DNA from: Octopus sinensis
Lineage: Eukaryota
Direction of reading: 5' to 3'
Length of the DNA: 64,000 bases
NCBI RefSeq assembly: GCF_006345805.1
Contig: NC_043000.1
Span: 93,310,001 to 93,374,000, forward strand
Numbering within the stretch: the first letter of the stretch is position 1; each line of letters opens with the position of its first letter. A program made the translations under genes and the position numbers. The notes below the pieces were generated by a model. That model was not told the DNA's origin and searched no databases. It worked only from the letters and a program-made list of their open reading frames with translations. Below, in pieces: positions 1-11,567 of the stretch.

Positions 1-84
1 TTTACACACACACATAAACATATACGCATACACATACACACACACACACATATATGTATATGCATATAAGTACATATACTGTTA

Positions 85-490
85 TTTGTTTCAGTCATTT
101 GACTGTGGCCATGCTGGAGCACCGCCTTTAGTCAAGCAAATCGACTCCAGGACTTATTCTTCATAAACCTAGTACTTACTCTATCAGCTTATTTTGTCAA
201 ACTGCTAAGTTACGGGGATGTAAACACACCAGCATCGGTTGTCAAGTGATGGTTGGGGACAAACACAGACACACAAACATATACACACACACACACATAC
301 ACACACATACACACACACATATACAACCGGCTTCTTTCAGTTTCCCTCTACCAAATCCACTCACAAGGCTTTGGTTGGCCCGAGGCTATAGTAGAACACA
401 TTTACCCAAGTTGCTACACAATGGGACTGAACCCAGAACCATGTGGTTGGTAAGCAAGCTACTTATCACACAGCCACTCTTGCACCTATA
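85..490 (-). mobile_element. tRNA-derived SINE, family A (head, central TA/TG tract, tail)
   Basis: Reverse complement matches the + copy at 46918-47310: A-box-like TGGCTGTGTG, B-box-like GGTTCAGTCCC, tail ggtgctccagcatggccacagtcaaatgactgaaac. Confidence 0.85.
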
Positions 491-699
491 TATATATATA
501 TTCATGTTTGTATTTATATTCATGTATAATAAAAACTATTTGCTGAAACTTTCAAGTCACTATCAACATTCTTGTATAAGAATAATAAATATAAAATGTT
601 CTCTTATGGTAAAAAGGTATAAAAACACCATATCTATCCAGCACTGCCATCTATCAGGATTCCCACATACATATATATTTTTTTACATGCCACCGGCAC

Positions 700-872
700 A
701 TGAAAAGCACTCACTACACCCTCAGAGTTGTTGACTTTCGGAAGGGCATCCAGCTGTAGAAACCTTTCCAGATTAGATTGGAACCTGGTGCAGCCTACTG
801 GCTTGCCATCCTCAGTCAAACTATCCAATGCATGCTTCCATGGAAAGTGGATGTTATACAATGATGATGATG
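700..872 (+). mobile_element. Solo 3' tail of RTE LINE ending in (GAT)n
   Basis: ggaagggcatccagctgtagaaac...catgcttccatggaaagtggatgtt matches the reverse complement of the RTE 3' end at 20376-20530. Confidence 0.8.
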
Positions 873-899
873 ATGATATATGTATATATATATAAATAT

Positions 900-932
<33 letters not shown>

Positions 933-952
933 TAAACACACACATATATATA

Positions 953-991
953 TATTGGAACATCCCATAAATAATGTCGTTTTTGAATTGC
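953..991 (+). mobile_element. Isolated mariner-type terminal repeat
   Basis: tattggaacatcccataaataatg..tttt..aattgc is similar to the left end of the mariner fragment at 6579. Confidence 0.55.
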
Positions 992-1137
992 GTGAACTAA
1001 AAGATGAAGGAAATAGAAGATAGATTTGTTACTATACCCCAACCATGGATGACACCAGGTAGCCCAAACTGTGAACGGGCTTTACTCAACACACTAATTG
1101 ACATATTGACATTTACTCATGAGTCAGTCCAAAAGAC

Positions 1138-1227
<90 letters not shown>

Positions 1228-1662
1228 TTAAATTTTGGAAGTGTTGGTTGGATATCTGTTGCGTGATGACACTTGATCATGTACATATTTAATCCTTGCA
1301 CTTTCAAATTTTATATTCGGAATGCTACACTGATGATGAAAAGTAAGTAAATATACTTAATCTCGAAACACATATGTGGCTAATCGGAGTCATGTGGATT
1401 CATTATTTTTCTTCTTGCCTGCGTAAAAAGTGTGTTACTCTCTGGCAGATTCTTACTGTAGTAGAAAAGGAATTTTTAACTCTTATTTCTAAATTCAGTA
1501 TGTGGTGAAGCAATTGGCTGACCCCTAATTATGATTATGTTTATAATCATAGAATATTTATATATATATATGTATATATGTTTTCTATATACTCACCAAA
1601 ATTTCTTTAATGCTTCATTATTATCTAGCTCATTCCGAGCTATCCTAAGAGCCCTTTTGCGA

Positions 1663-1721
<59 letters not shown>

Positions 1722-2072
1722 TATATAAATAATTGCAGCATGCACTTGTTTTTTTGCTTCAGCATACCATCTCAAATCACGTCACTTGCTATGCAAGTAT
1801 ATCTCCATAATATATAAATAATATATTCAATATATTAACTAATGTATGAGTACCCCATGCACATGTATATATATGTATGTATATGTACTTGTATAAATGT
1901 GTGTGTGTGTGTGTGTGTATGACTGTTTGTATTTGCACATGTGACCTCACAACTGGACAACTAGCATTGTTTTTTTTTCCATCAATGTAACTTAGCAGTT
2001 CTGCTAAAGAGACCAATTGATTAAGCACCAAGCTTCAAAAAACCAGTACTGAGTCAATTTGATTAAGGGATC

Positions 2073-2350
2073 AGTTGTGATGAGAATTATGACTCTCCTA
2101 TGTGAGAGATAGACTGGTCCGAGTAAAGTATCAATAGTAATGATCACAGTGAGTCTAAAGGTTCAGAGTTCAGAGTCAAGTGAAGTCCATGTTAGTTTGC
2201 AGTGAAATCAGAAGGTATCGGTTGGTTGGTTCACAAGGAATATTGATTTGTAAATGAATATTGTTTGTTAAGAGATTTGTTAGTTTGTTACATTGTTTTT
2301 ACTGTTGCCTGGTTATCTTATTTATTGTAAATAGCAATTACGTTACAACA
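2073..2350 (+). repeat. 5' LTR
   Basis: (a)gttgtgatgag...gttacaaca aligns by eye with 4383-4654, with many substitutions and an indel. Confidence 0.85.
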
Positions 2351-2559
2351 TCTGATGACAAGGATTCAGAGCTCATGCAGGTTATTTAAACAATTTGTTT
2401 GTGATACAACTTGTTAAATAATAGAAGACCTATTTGCTTCCATAGTACAGTTGTAAAAGCAACAAGAACAGTGACAGGAGTTGCAGAAGTAACTATTACA
2501 GCAACAACTACAACAACAACAAACTATTGGACCTATACCAAAAAAAGACCAAAAATGAG

Positions 2560-3480
2560 GTAAGCTCGTTTTGGCAGACAGCATTTCAAACTTGATTAAT
2601 GAATTCAGTTATTATATAACCCAGAGGAGGGTATAACTTTTGCATCGTACTGCAGATGGCATGAGAAGGTTTATAAGCAAGATTGCAAATCATAGCCAGA
2701 CAGACAAAAATTGAGATTGTTATTGTGAAAATTAGCTCCATTTGAGCATGAATATTACTGTAATTTCATATTGCCCCACTTCCCCAAAAAATGAAATTTG
2801 TTTTAAAGAAACTATAGAATTTCTGTTTAACATATTCGTTGATAAAACGTTTCAATTTAACACTCGAAAAGAGTGTTGGAATATAATACAAAAAGAGAAT
2901 GACAATTTTATCACATACGCAGGAACAGTCAACAGGATGTGTGGAAGTTTTGAGCTCAAAGAACTTACACCTGAGATGTTCAAGTGTCTTATATGTTAGC
3001 GAGAAATTGATGAAAGAGATGATTTAAATGGATTATGTAATGTAACGTGGTGTTGGCATAGGAAGGTGGCTGGGAGGAAAAGAAGATGGAAAAAACAAGA
3101 GGGAGAAGACTATCGATGGTGTGAATTTTGGAGAGATTAGAGCGAATGGTGGCACGCATAAGGTGGTAGGATGTAGTACGGAGTGAAGATATAGAAATTC
3201 GAGCAAGAATTCTTTCTAAGTTGGAACAAGCAAACCAAGATCTAACCTTACTGTCCAGGGCAGAAGAATGCCAAAGGGCAGTAAACCTGAAACATGATGT
3301 ACAAAATATTAAAGAAAAGGATTCCTCAAAAATACAGGTATGCCAACTGGAAAAATACAACCAAAAAAGAGCACCATGTCTAATCCATGTTATGGATGTG
3401 GGGGCACACATTTCAGAAAAGACTGTCCATTTAAAGATCAAAAATGTTGCAGTTGCAAAGGAATTAGTCACAAGAATTAA
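2560..3480 (+). pseudogene. Degenerate gag of the LTR element
   Basis: Fragments NEICFKETIEFLFNIF, ENDNFITYAGTVNRMC..FELKELTPEMFKCL and EQANQDLTL..AEECQRAVNLKHD, plus a frameshifted Cys/His knuckle-like segment near 3375-3460; many stops. Confidence 0.7.
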
Positions 3481-3589
3481 CACAGCAGAACAAAATTACG
3501 AAGGTCAAACATTAAAATCTTAGAGTACTCTCAGCAGAAACAAAAATCGACCCCCAAATAAAAAAAAATCCATACACATAAAAATAAAT

Positions 3590-4160
3590 GGAACACAAAT
3601 TAAGCTTCAATTGGAAGGATTTGTCAACACATTCAAAAGAACTCTAAGAAAATCTAGGAATGAGCTAGATAATGATGAGGCACTAACGAAAGTTTTGAGA
3701 ATATATTGAATAATGCCAAACACAAATACTTCTTTAGGAAAGTCACCAGCAGAGTTAATGTCCACATGTAAAATAAAATTGATCCTTGATAAATTATTGC
3801 CAGGAAAAAATACATATAAAGGAAAGACAAAAAAATGCATTTGAAGGAAATACAAGAAATATTACAAAACATTTCAAAGTAGGAGATAAAGTTCATTTTG
3901 AAAATTACAAAAATGGTAAAGAAGATTGGGAGGATGTCTGTTTAATGAAAATATTCGGTAATATGATGTATTTAAATAAAAGACAATGTTCAGAACATAA
4001 GAGACACCTTAACCAGTAAAGACAAGATATACAGAAGAAGTAAGGGTAATACCAATGGAAGTCTCCTATGATATGTTTGAAGAACCAGCACTGAGAGATA
4101 TTGAACCCCATAGAACTAGCTTCAGAAAATGGAAACAGACTGAATATCTGGAAGTAATGC
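3590..4160 (+). pseudogene. Degenerate integrase C-terminal part
   Basis: QLEGFVNTFKRTLRKSRNELDNDEALTKFLRIY*IMPNTNTSLGKSPAELM matches the Ty3/gypsy integrase core end (ERFxxTxK and Y-R-x-TP motifs). Confidence 0.75.
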
Positions 4161-4382
4161 CTAAATGAAAAAGATATTAAATTTTCAATAAAAAAACAAA
4201 GGTGTTTAATAGAATGAAAAGAAAAAGTGCTGTGTGCAATGAACAATACTACCTAAAAGATTTGGGCAACAATTAAGAAACAACAGCTAAAAAAGAAAGA
4301 GGGAGAGGTACTGGAAAGGAAAAATATTAAAAAAAAAAGAAATTCCACATTTTCACAGTAGTGGAAATCTTAAAAGGTGAGA

Positions 4383-4654
4383 TGTTGTGATGAGAGCTAT
4401 GACGCCTGCCTTCCTTGCGAGAGATAGACTGGTCCAAGTAAAGTATAAATAGTAACAATCTCAGTGAGTTCAAGGTTCAGAGTTCAAAGTCAAGTGATGT
4501 TCATGTTAGTTCGTAGTGAAGTCAGAAAGTTTTGGTTGGTTAGTTCACAAGGAATATCAATTATTGGTTTGTAAAGAGTTTGTTAGTTTGTTACATTGTT
4601 TTTACTGTTCTCTGGTTATCTAATTTATTGTATGTAACTAAGTATGTTACAATA
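4383..4654 (+). repeat. 3' LTR
   Basis: tgttgtgatgag...gttacaata, preceded by a polypurine tract. Confidence 0.85.
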
Positions 4655-5930
4655 TTCAGGGCAGTGTACCAGTACAGTTGACTGAAATAAATAAAAAATA
4701 AAAGAAAGATATATAGGCATCCAATAAGTTTACATAAATCAGAAAAAATAGTCACTTATGTACTTAGTCTTACAGTGGTTGTATATTTTTTGAGCATTCT
4801 TGTAAATCCAATCTCGTAAAGCAAATTTTATGTTACCAAAGGGATTTGAATTATAGAAACTTTCACATATGGAAGGATAACTTTCAAAATCATCCTTTTA
4901 CTTTTGGATTTCTTGCTACATGAAACCATTCAGTAACAAGTATTGGCTATCATTAGATAAATTTATAATATTGTATAAATGATAACAATATATAAAATAT
5001 GTATACATAAATATCTTCATATATATATATATATGTATATATATATACACACACACACATATGCAAACACATACACACACATATGCATACATATGCACAT
5101 ACACACGAAAATAAAACATCACAAAAAAACATACACACACTTCTGCACACACACATACACACAAAAGAAAGCATAAAAAAACGTACACACACACAGACAC
5201 ACATAAATATACATACACACAAGCAACTCTGTACACACACACAACTCTGTATGCACACACACAACTCTGTATACACACACACACAAAGACATGCACACAC
5301 ACATGCACTCAGATGGTAACCACACACATACATACCAGAGAAAACACTCAAAAGAATACATTTAAGCGGAAGGAAATCCTAATTCTTTCTTCAACAAGAC
5401 ATTCATCACAACATACACACCCATAAACACACAACTGGTCACATTCCAAACATACTGAAAGGACATTCGAAACAATACACACACACACACAGGTCGACCC
5501 ATTCAATATATGTTTTTAAGCCATTCCCTTGGCAAGATCCCACAAAGATTTCTATCAGACAATAGACAACTACACCTCGTCTCTTACTCTCTAACACTTT
5601 GAACTCTATACCAAAACTATATTTAAAGAAGACTTCAACAAAAAAATCTCCGGGCATGTTTTTGACCGCCAGACAGAAGATAAACTGTTTTTACTTCAAA
5701 CTTTTATAAACTTTTACTGATATTTGATAAAATGAGATTCATCATCGGAACCGGTAATATTTTCTTTAAATAATTTTTAAAATTATTTTTATTAAATTCC
5801 TTCTTAAATTGAAATATCTTAGATTTACTTCTGTACTATTTCCCTAACTTCTATCTTTTATCTTTAGAAATTTGATTTGTTTAGATCTCTAATCTTTTTC
5901 ACCTATATATATATATATAATATAATCAGG

Positions 5931-6361
5931 TGATACAAAAGAGGGACAACAAAACATCCAGATAGATGATACAAAGAAAACACGGATGGGTCATTCAGAG
6001 TTTTCTATCCTCAGTTGAGGTCCAGATTATCTTTGCAATTTTGGCTAGTTATACTCGAGATGGCCAGCTCCAAGGCAAAGTTAGGCTAAGAGCATTAGAT
6101 TCCTTGGAAGAAAGCAATGAATGTATACAAAAACAAGGATGGAAAAAACGGAGAAATGTTACACAAATACAAAGGCAATTAACAGAGCATAACAACGACG
6201 AATTGTATTTAGCTGGCGTGTGTGGAAGTAAAGCCTTATATAACCAGCTGAAATTGCAAAGATAATCTGGAGCTCAACTGAGGATAGAAAACTTTGAATG
6301 ACCCATCCTTGTTTTCTTTCTATCATCTGTCTGGATGTTTTGTTGTCCCTTTTTTGTATCA
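5931..6361. mobile_element. Fold-back element, probable PLE pseudo-LTR plus inverted partial copy
   Basis: Arms 5931-6052 and 6238-6361 are reverse complements; the interior resembles the reverse complement of 55860-56110; (TA)n on both sides. Confidence 0.65.
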
Positions 6362-6578
6362 GCTAACTGTCTGGATGTTTTGCGTTCTTGTCCCATTTTT
6401 GTATTTTATATATATAAAAATATAGTGGTGTACGTTTTCAAAATTTTTATTTCCCTCACCCTAATTTCTTAATTTTTAACGTTTTTCGAATTTTTTTTAA
6501 TCCATGTAAAAAAAATGCAGGGATTACGAATCTGGGAATTTTTTTTTAAACTTTTGGTCTCTTATATATAAATATATA

Positions 6579-6808
6579 TATTGGGTCATCTCATAAATAA
6601 TGCAGTTTTTTCAATTGCCTGAATTAAGTCGGAAGGAGACAGGATAAACTACCTACATCAACTTGCTTTAAAAGCAGGTAGTAGTTTTACTTTGTACTTA
6701 TTTTTAGTGCAAGTTTTGAAGAGTGCAGTTCGATTTTAACAGTTATTTTTCAAAGCTAAAATGGAAGTGACAAAGGAGCATATTTGGCATATTTTGCTTT
6801 AAAAGTTC
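6579..6808 (+). mobile_element. 5' fragment of mariner (Mos1-like) transposon
   Basis: TA plus TIR tattgggtcatc, then ATG at 6761 giving MEVTKEHIWHILL*KF, like mariner transposase N-termini (MExxKEHxRHILLYEF). Confidence 0.7.
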
Positions 6809-6909
6809 ATACATACATAAATATATATTTATGTATATATATGAAAAATAAGAAAATGGAAATATAGTATTTAATAAAGATTTATTATCAGCAAAAAATC
6901 AAACATAAT

Positions 6910-6991
6910 CCCTTACAGTTGTTTCAATTAAGCCCAATAAAGATTAAATGAATATTAAAATCATTTTGGGGGACAAAATCTCTTCAGAGGA
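6910..6991 (-). ncRNA. Mirror copy of the 8186 hammerhead candidate
   Basis: Reverse complement reads UCCU CUGAAGA GAUU..AAUU GAAAC AACU GUA AGGG. Confidence 0.55.
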
Positions 6992-7075
6992 GTAGAAAAA
7001 GATATACCCTTAGGTTTTTATGCATGTACACATATAAATATATATACATGTATATATATATAAATATATATATCC

Positions 7076-7131
<56 letters not shown>

Positions 7132-7619
7132 ATACATACACACATACACAAGCAATGCTTACATACACATATATATATATCCTCACTTATACATGCTCAC
7201 ATTTTATCCACTTAAAGTGTATACACCCATATATACATGCATATATATATGCATGTACAGATATACATATAAATACATACAAAAAATGTATATGTACACA
7301 CACAAAATATTATACACTTACCAATTATACCAACTTTGTTTCTAGGAGTTAGTGTATAATAATTTGAAAGAATATGTATACATTTTTTGCATGTATTTAT
7401 ATTTATCTATATATGCATGTATATATGGGTGTATATGCTTTAAGTGGATGAAATGTGAGTGTGTGTATAAATGAGGATATATATCTATATGTATGTATTG
7501 TTTGTATATATATATATATATATATATATGGGTGTATATATTTATATACATGCACATATATTTAGATGTGTATATGTATACACACACACACACACACATA
7601 TTTTGTCTTTATTATTCAT

Positions 7620-7865
7620 GTGCCCTTTTCAAGCCTAGCCAAGCTCATGGGCCCGGTTTCCCAGTTTCTGTGGCGTTTGTGTTCCCCCCAGCTGGACAGG
7701 ATGACAGTCCAATGCAGCATTACTCAAGAAAGAGGAAGAAAGAGTGAGAGAGCTTCGTAGACCTTTTAGGTGTTTTCGCTCAATAAACACACACAATGCC
7801 CAGTCCAGGAATCAAAACCACAATCCTCCGACTGCCAGTCCACTGCCCTAAACACTGGGCCATGT
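7620..7865 (-). mobile_element. tRNA-derived SINE, family C (V-domain-like)
   Basis: Head tggcccagtgtttagggcagtgg..gattcctgg; body motif gcattggactgtcatcctgtccag resembles the V-SINE domain as I recall it; tail shared with 54385-54470. Confidence 0.7.
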
Positions 7866-8185
7866 TATATATATATATATACACTGAATCAAAAGTAGTT
7901 AGACTGGTATTAATAAATGTTTCTATATTGATTTTATATAGGTTTTTCTCAATTTTACAAACAACCTATTTATCTCCTTATTTATATGATACTCTTCTTC
8001 ATTGTAATTTACTATTTAATCTTTATTTATTTACCCATTATTACCTTAATTATATCTACATATTATTTCTTGCTATTAAAATAACCTGTAACCCCCTAAC
8101 TTAGCCATGAATAATATTTTTCAGTCTGCTGTGATGATTCTATAATACAACACATAAAAAACCTAAGGGTATATCTTTTTTCTAC

Positions 8186-8269
8186 TCCTCTGAAGAGATT
8201 TTCCCCCCAAAATGATTTTAATAATTTTTATTTAATTTTTATTGAGCTTAATTGAAACAGCTGTAAGGA
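8186..8269 (+). ncRNA. Minimal type I hammerhead ribozyme candidate, intact core
   Basis: UCCU CUGAAGA GAUU..AAUU GAAAC AGCU GUA AGGA: stem I UCCU/AGGA, stem II GAUU/AAUU, palindromic stem III ACAGCUGU, GUA site. Confidence 0.65.
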
Positions 8270-8539
8270 ACTATGTTTGACTTTTGCTTATAATAAATCA
8301 TTATTAAATGCTATATCTCCATTTTCTTATATTTCATTTGAATGATTATAAACCATTGGTTTATATACAAACCTCTTATTTTATGAATATTATTATTCCC
8401 AATAAATATAATGTATTGAACCAGTATTTCAATGGGTAATACCATCCCTTAATGAGGCTAATTTAACCTATAATTGAATTGTATTTATGTATATAAAATC
8501 TATTACATCAAGAAATATACTAATACCTGAACTAGATAT

Positions 8540-8875
8540 CACTGCACTGTTCAAAAGGTCCTGGTTATCCTGTCTAAAGTGAGGACCATGTACTGCAGTA
8601 GATTGGGATTCAAAGGCCCACAGCTATTTAATACCTTACTAAAAGAGATCTACATGGAACATAGATAGATGTTTTCAAGAAACAACTTGATCTTTTGTTG
8701 TCTGAGGTCCCAAATGAACCTATATCTTTGCAGGAAACTCAAAAGTGAGCAGCAGAGTTGAACTCCCTCCTTCACCAAAAGCCAATCACATAAGAATGAC
8801 CATTGAAAAGGGGATAACGTTATTGGTGCCCCAGCACGGCCACAGCTTTTGGACTGGAATATATAGAAGACTGAA
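8540..8875 (+). mobile_element. 3' end of a CR1/L2-like LINE
   Basis: Degenerate frames VRTMYCSRLGFKGPQLFNTL and DLHGT*IDVFKKQLDLLLSEVPNEP; ends ggtgccccagcacggccacagc. Confidence 0.65.
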
Positions 8876-9010
8876 AGAATGGAAGACTACACACACACAC
8901 ACACACACGCACACACATACATACATACATACGTACATACATACATGCATGCATGCATACATACATACATACATACATACATACATACATACATACATAC
9001 ATACATGATA

Positions 9011-9167
9011 TATATTATTCTTATACAAGAATGCTGTTGACAGTGACTTCGAAGTTTTCACTGTCAACGACATTCTTGTGTAAGAATAATATATTTGTAC
9101 TCTATAAAAGTATAGCGTAACCCATCAGATTAATGAAAAATTGTTTTGACATTAATCTGATGGGTTA
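9011..9167. repeat. Two adjacent hairpins (36-bp and 18-bp stems)
   Basis: 9011-9046 pairs with 9058-9093 (3 mismatches); 9118-9135 pairs perfectly with 9150-9167. Confidence 0.85.
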
Positions 9168-9588
9168 TTATAACTGAACATGAAAACAAACATTAATATA
9201 TATCACCAGATCTATATATATATATATATATATATATTGTGATCTAATATACATGCAGGTTTGACAATCACTATAAAATATGAAGTGAGAAGAATAGCTT
9301 TAAAAAATATACCTGAATATGTCACCATGTGTGTTTATATTGCTAACTCAATCTTGGCATGAATGACACGAGAAAGCCCAAGGGAATATCTAAAGTACTG
9401 TTATATATGCTATGTTTTTCTCTGCTGATGAAATTGAATCAACAATTGAAACACGGTACTATTTGTAAGGTAAATTGTATATTCTTGTATGATTATTCAA
9501 TTAAATTATTTTATCTTTTGAAATATCAATTGAGAAATAAAGATAGATGGATAGATTTAAATATACATATACATAAAAATATATTGTA

Positions 9589-9621
<33 letters not shown>

Positions 9622-9774
9622 CACCCACAGTATACACCCTGGAGGAAATACAAAGATGTGCATATTCAAACTTTTGAACATGGGAAATCATGACTGGAAA
9701 ATGCTTGCCTTAGAATAATTAAACTGGTGTGGTACAATCAAGAAAGGTTGTGAAACAACTGAACAGAATTGGCA

Positions 9775-10440
9775 TAGGTGTGGCTGTGGTGTAAGAAGTT
9801 TGATTTTCAGCCACATTGTTCTATGTTCAGTCTTATTGCATGGCACCTCAGGCAAACCTTGAGTGGATTTGGCAGATGGAAAGTAAAAGGAATCTATTGT
9901 GTATATGCATACATGTGTGTGCATGTGTGTGTGCATGTGCATGTGTGCATGTGTGTGTGAGTGTGTGTGTGTGTGTGTGTGCCCTTGTGTCTTTATTTGT
10001 GGGTTAACAAGGCTACCAATGGTTTCATGTGTAGAAGAATCTCTTCACAATTATCAAGTTTGCCTTCTGGGTATGTTAATACTTGCCTCATCCAAAACTG
10101 AGAAGAGTATTAATATTCCCATGTGACAGAATTCATAATTGTCAAAAGATTTCGCTCTGCATGAAACCATTGGCAGCCCATCGTATATACACACACGCAT
10201 ACACATACACACCCACACTTATCCATGTGTATGTCTGTATATGTGTTTGTCCCCTACCATCACTTGACAACTGGTGTCAGTGTGTTTACACTCCATAACT
10301 TAGCATTTCAGCAAAAGAGACTAAACTAATAGAATAAGTAAAAGGCTTTAAAAAAGCTATAGGGGTCAATTCATTCAACTGAAAATTCTTTGAGGGTGGT
10401 GCCCCAGCATGGCCAAACCATAATGATTGTAACAAGTAAA
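9775..10440 (+). mobile_element. SINE-A split by a small inverted-repeat insert (about 10005-10170)
   Basis: Head at 9775-9900 and tail at 10230-10440; between them gctaccaatggtttcatg is inverted relative to catgaaaccattggcagc. Confidence 0.65.
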
Positions 10441-11339
10441 AGATAAAAAAAGATGAAGATACATATATATATATATATATACATGCGTGTATATATATAA
10501 TTTATACTTAAATAAAGATATATGTGTACATATATAAACATATACACGCAAATGCACACATACACACAACATGCACACACACATATGTATGTATTCCTTT
10601 GAATATGCTAATTAATCAGAGAGTTACAGTTCTTTTAGAGCAGTAAAGTTCCCTAGTCTATTTATATATCAGCAATATCTTCTAGACTTTCTCAGCCACA
10701 TCTTCAGGATTTGGAGAGCTTTGGGTTTCTATACTGCTCTTTTTATAGTGGGTGTCTTATATTTTACCACCTGAGCTTCATTGTTTGGGTTTCAGTGATC
10801 TATATTTGTTGTATATGCACAGGTAATGAGTAAGTTGTAACATATAACGTGTATATTTTGTAATATTTGTAATATTTGCTTTGATTCTCTAATCAGTTTC
10901 CTATTTCAGTGGGGAATATGCTATAAGATTAAGAAGCATTTTCTGTTAATGTTTTCCTGTCTAACCTTATTTCATGCTACATCATGTAGGGTCATGTGAT
11001 TGTTCTTCATTTTAAATTCATAGTGGTTCTATGACAGAAAGTTGTATTTGTTTGACTAATTTGGTATTTGGAGTTGTGAGGTTGGCAACCTTAACTTTTA
11101 CAAAGAAATTTGATAAATAACATCTCTCAATCTTAGTTTGTTCTCAGGTTTACATGCCTTGGGTATGTTGTTTATACATATGTGTGTGCGTGTATAAACT
11201 CATACATATACACACATTCATTTATATACATAAATACATACATACCCATTAATATATATACACATATATATATATATACATACATGTATATACACACATA
11301 CATATAATTGTATATATACATACATGTACATGTCTCTCT

Positions 11340-11354
11340 AAGTCTTAATATATA

Positions 11355-11393
<39 letters not shown>

Positions 11394-11493
11394 ATAGATT
11401 ATGATATATTTATAGTGAAAAATAGACATACATACCATACACACACACGCATATATATATCATATCATTTATATTCATACATATGTAGCATAC

Positions 11494-11567
<74 letters not shown>

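Larger units (their letters stand above)
2073..4654 (+). mobile_element. Internally deleted Ty3/gypsy LTR retrotransposon (Mag/K02A2.6-like), inserted in a SINE-A tail
   Basis: Direct repeats 2073-2350 and 4383-4654, PBS-like tctgatgacaagga after the 5' LTR, purine tract aaaaggtgaga before the 3' LTR, gag and integrase remnants, no RT or RNase H. Confidence 0.85.
6841..8337. repeat. Large imperfect palindrome centred near 7335, with an asymmetric insert in the right arm
   Basis: 6841-7022 pairs with 8153-8337; 7025-7320 pairs with 7350-7575; 7575-8152 is unpaired and contains a SINE. Confidence 0.8.

Noticed and set aside
2068-4659. Target-site duplication for the LTR element
   Set aside because: Flanks (ggatc vs ttcag) give no clean 4-5 bp match.
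6275-6312. Hammerhead in the 5931-6361 and 56030-56062 family
   Set aside because: CUGANGA is present, but it is followed by GAAU rather than GAAA and stem I is inconsistent between copies.
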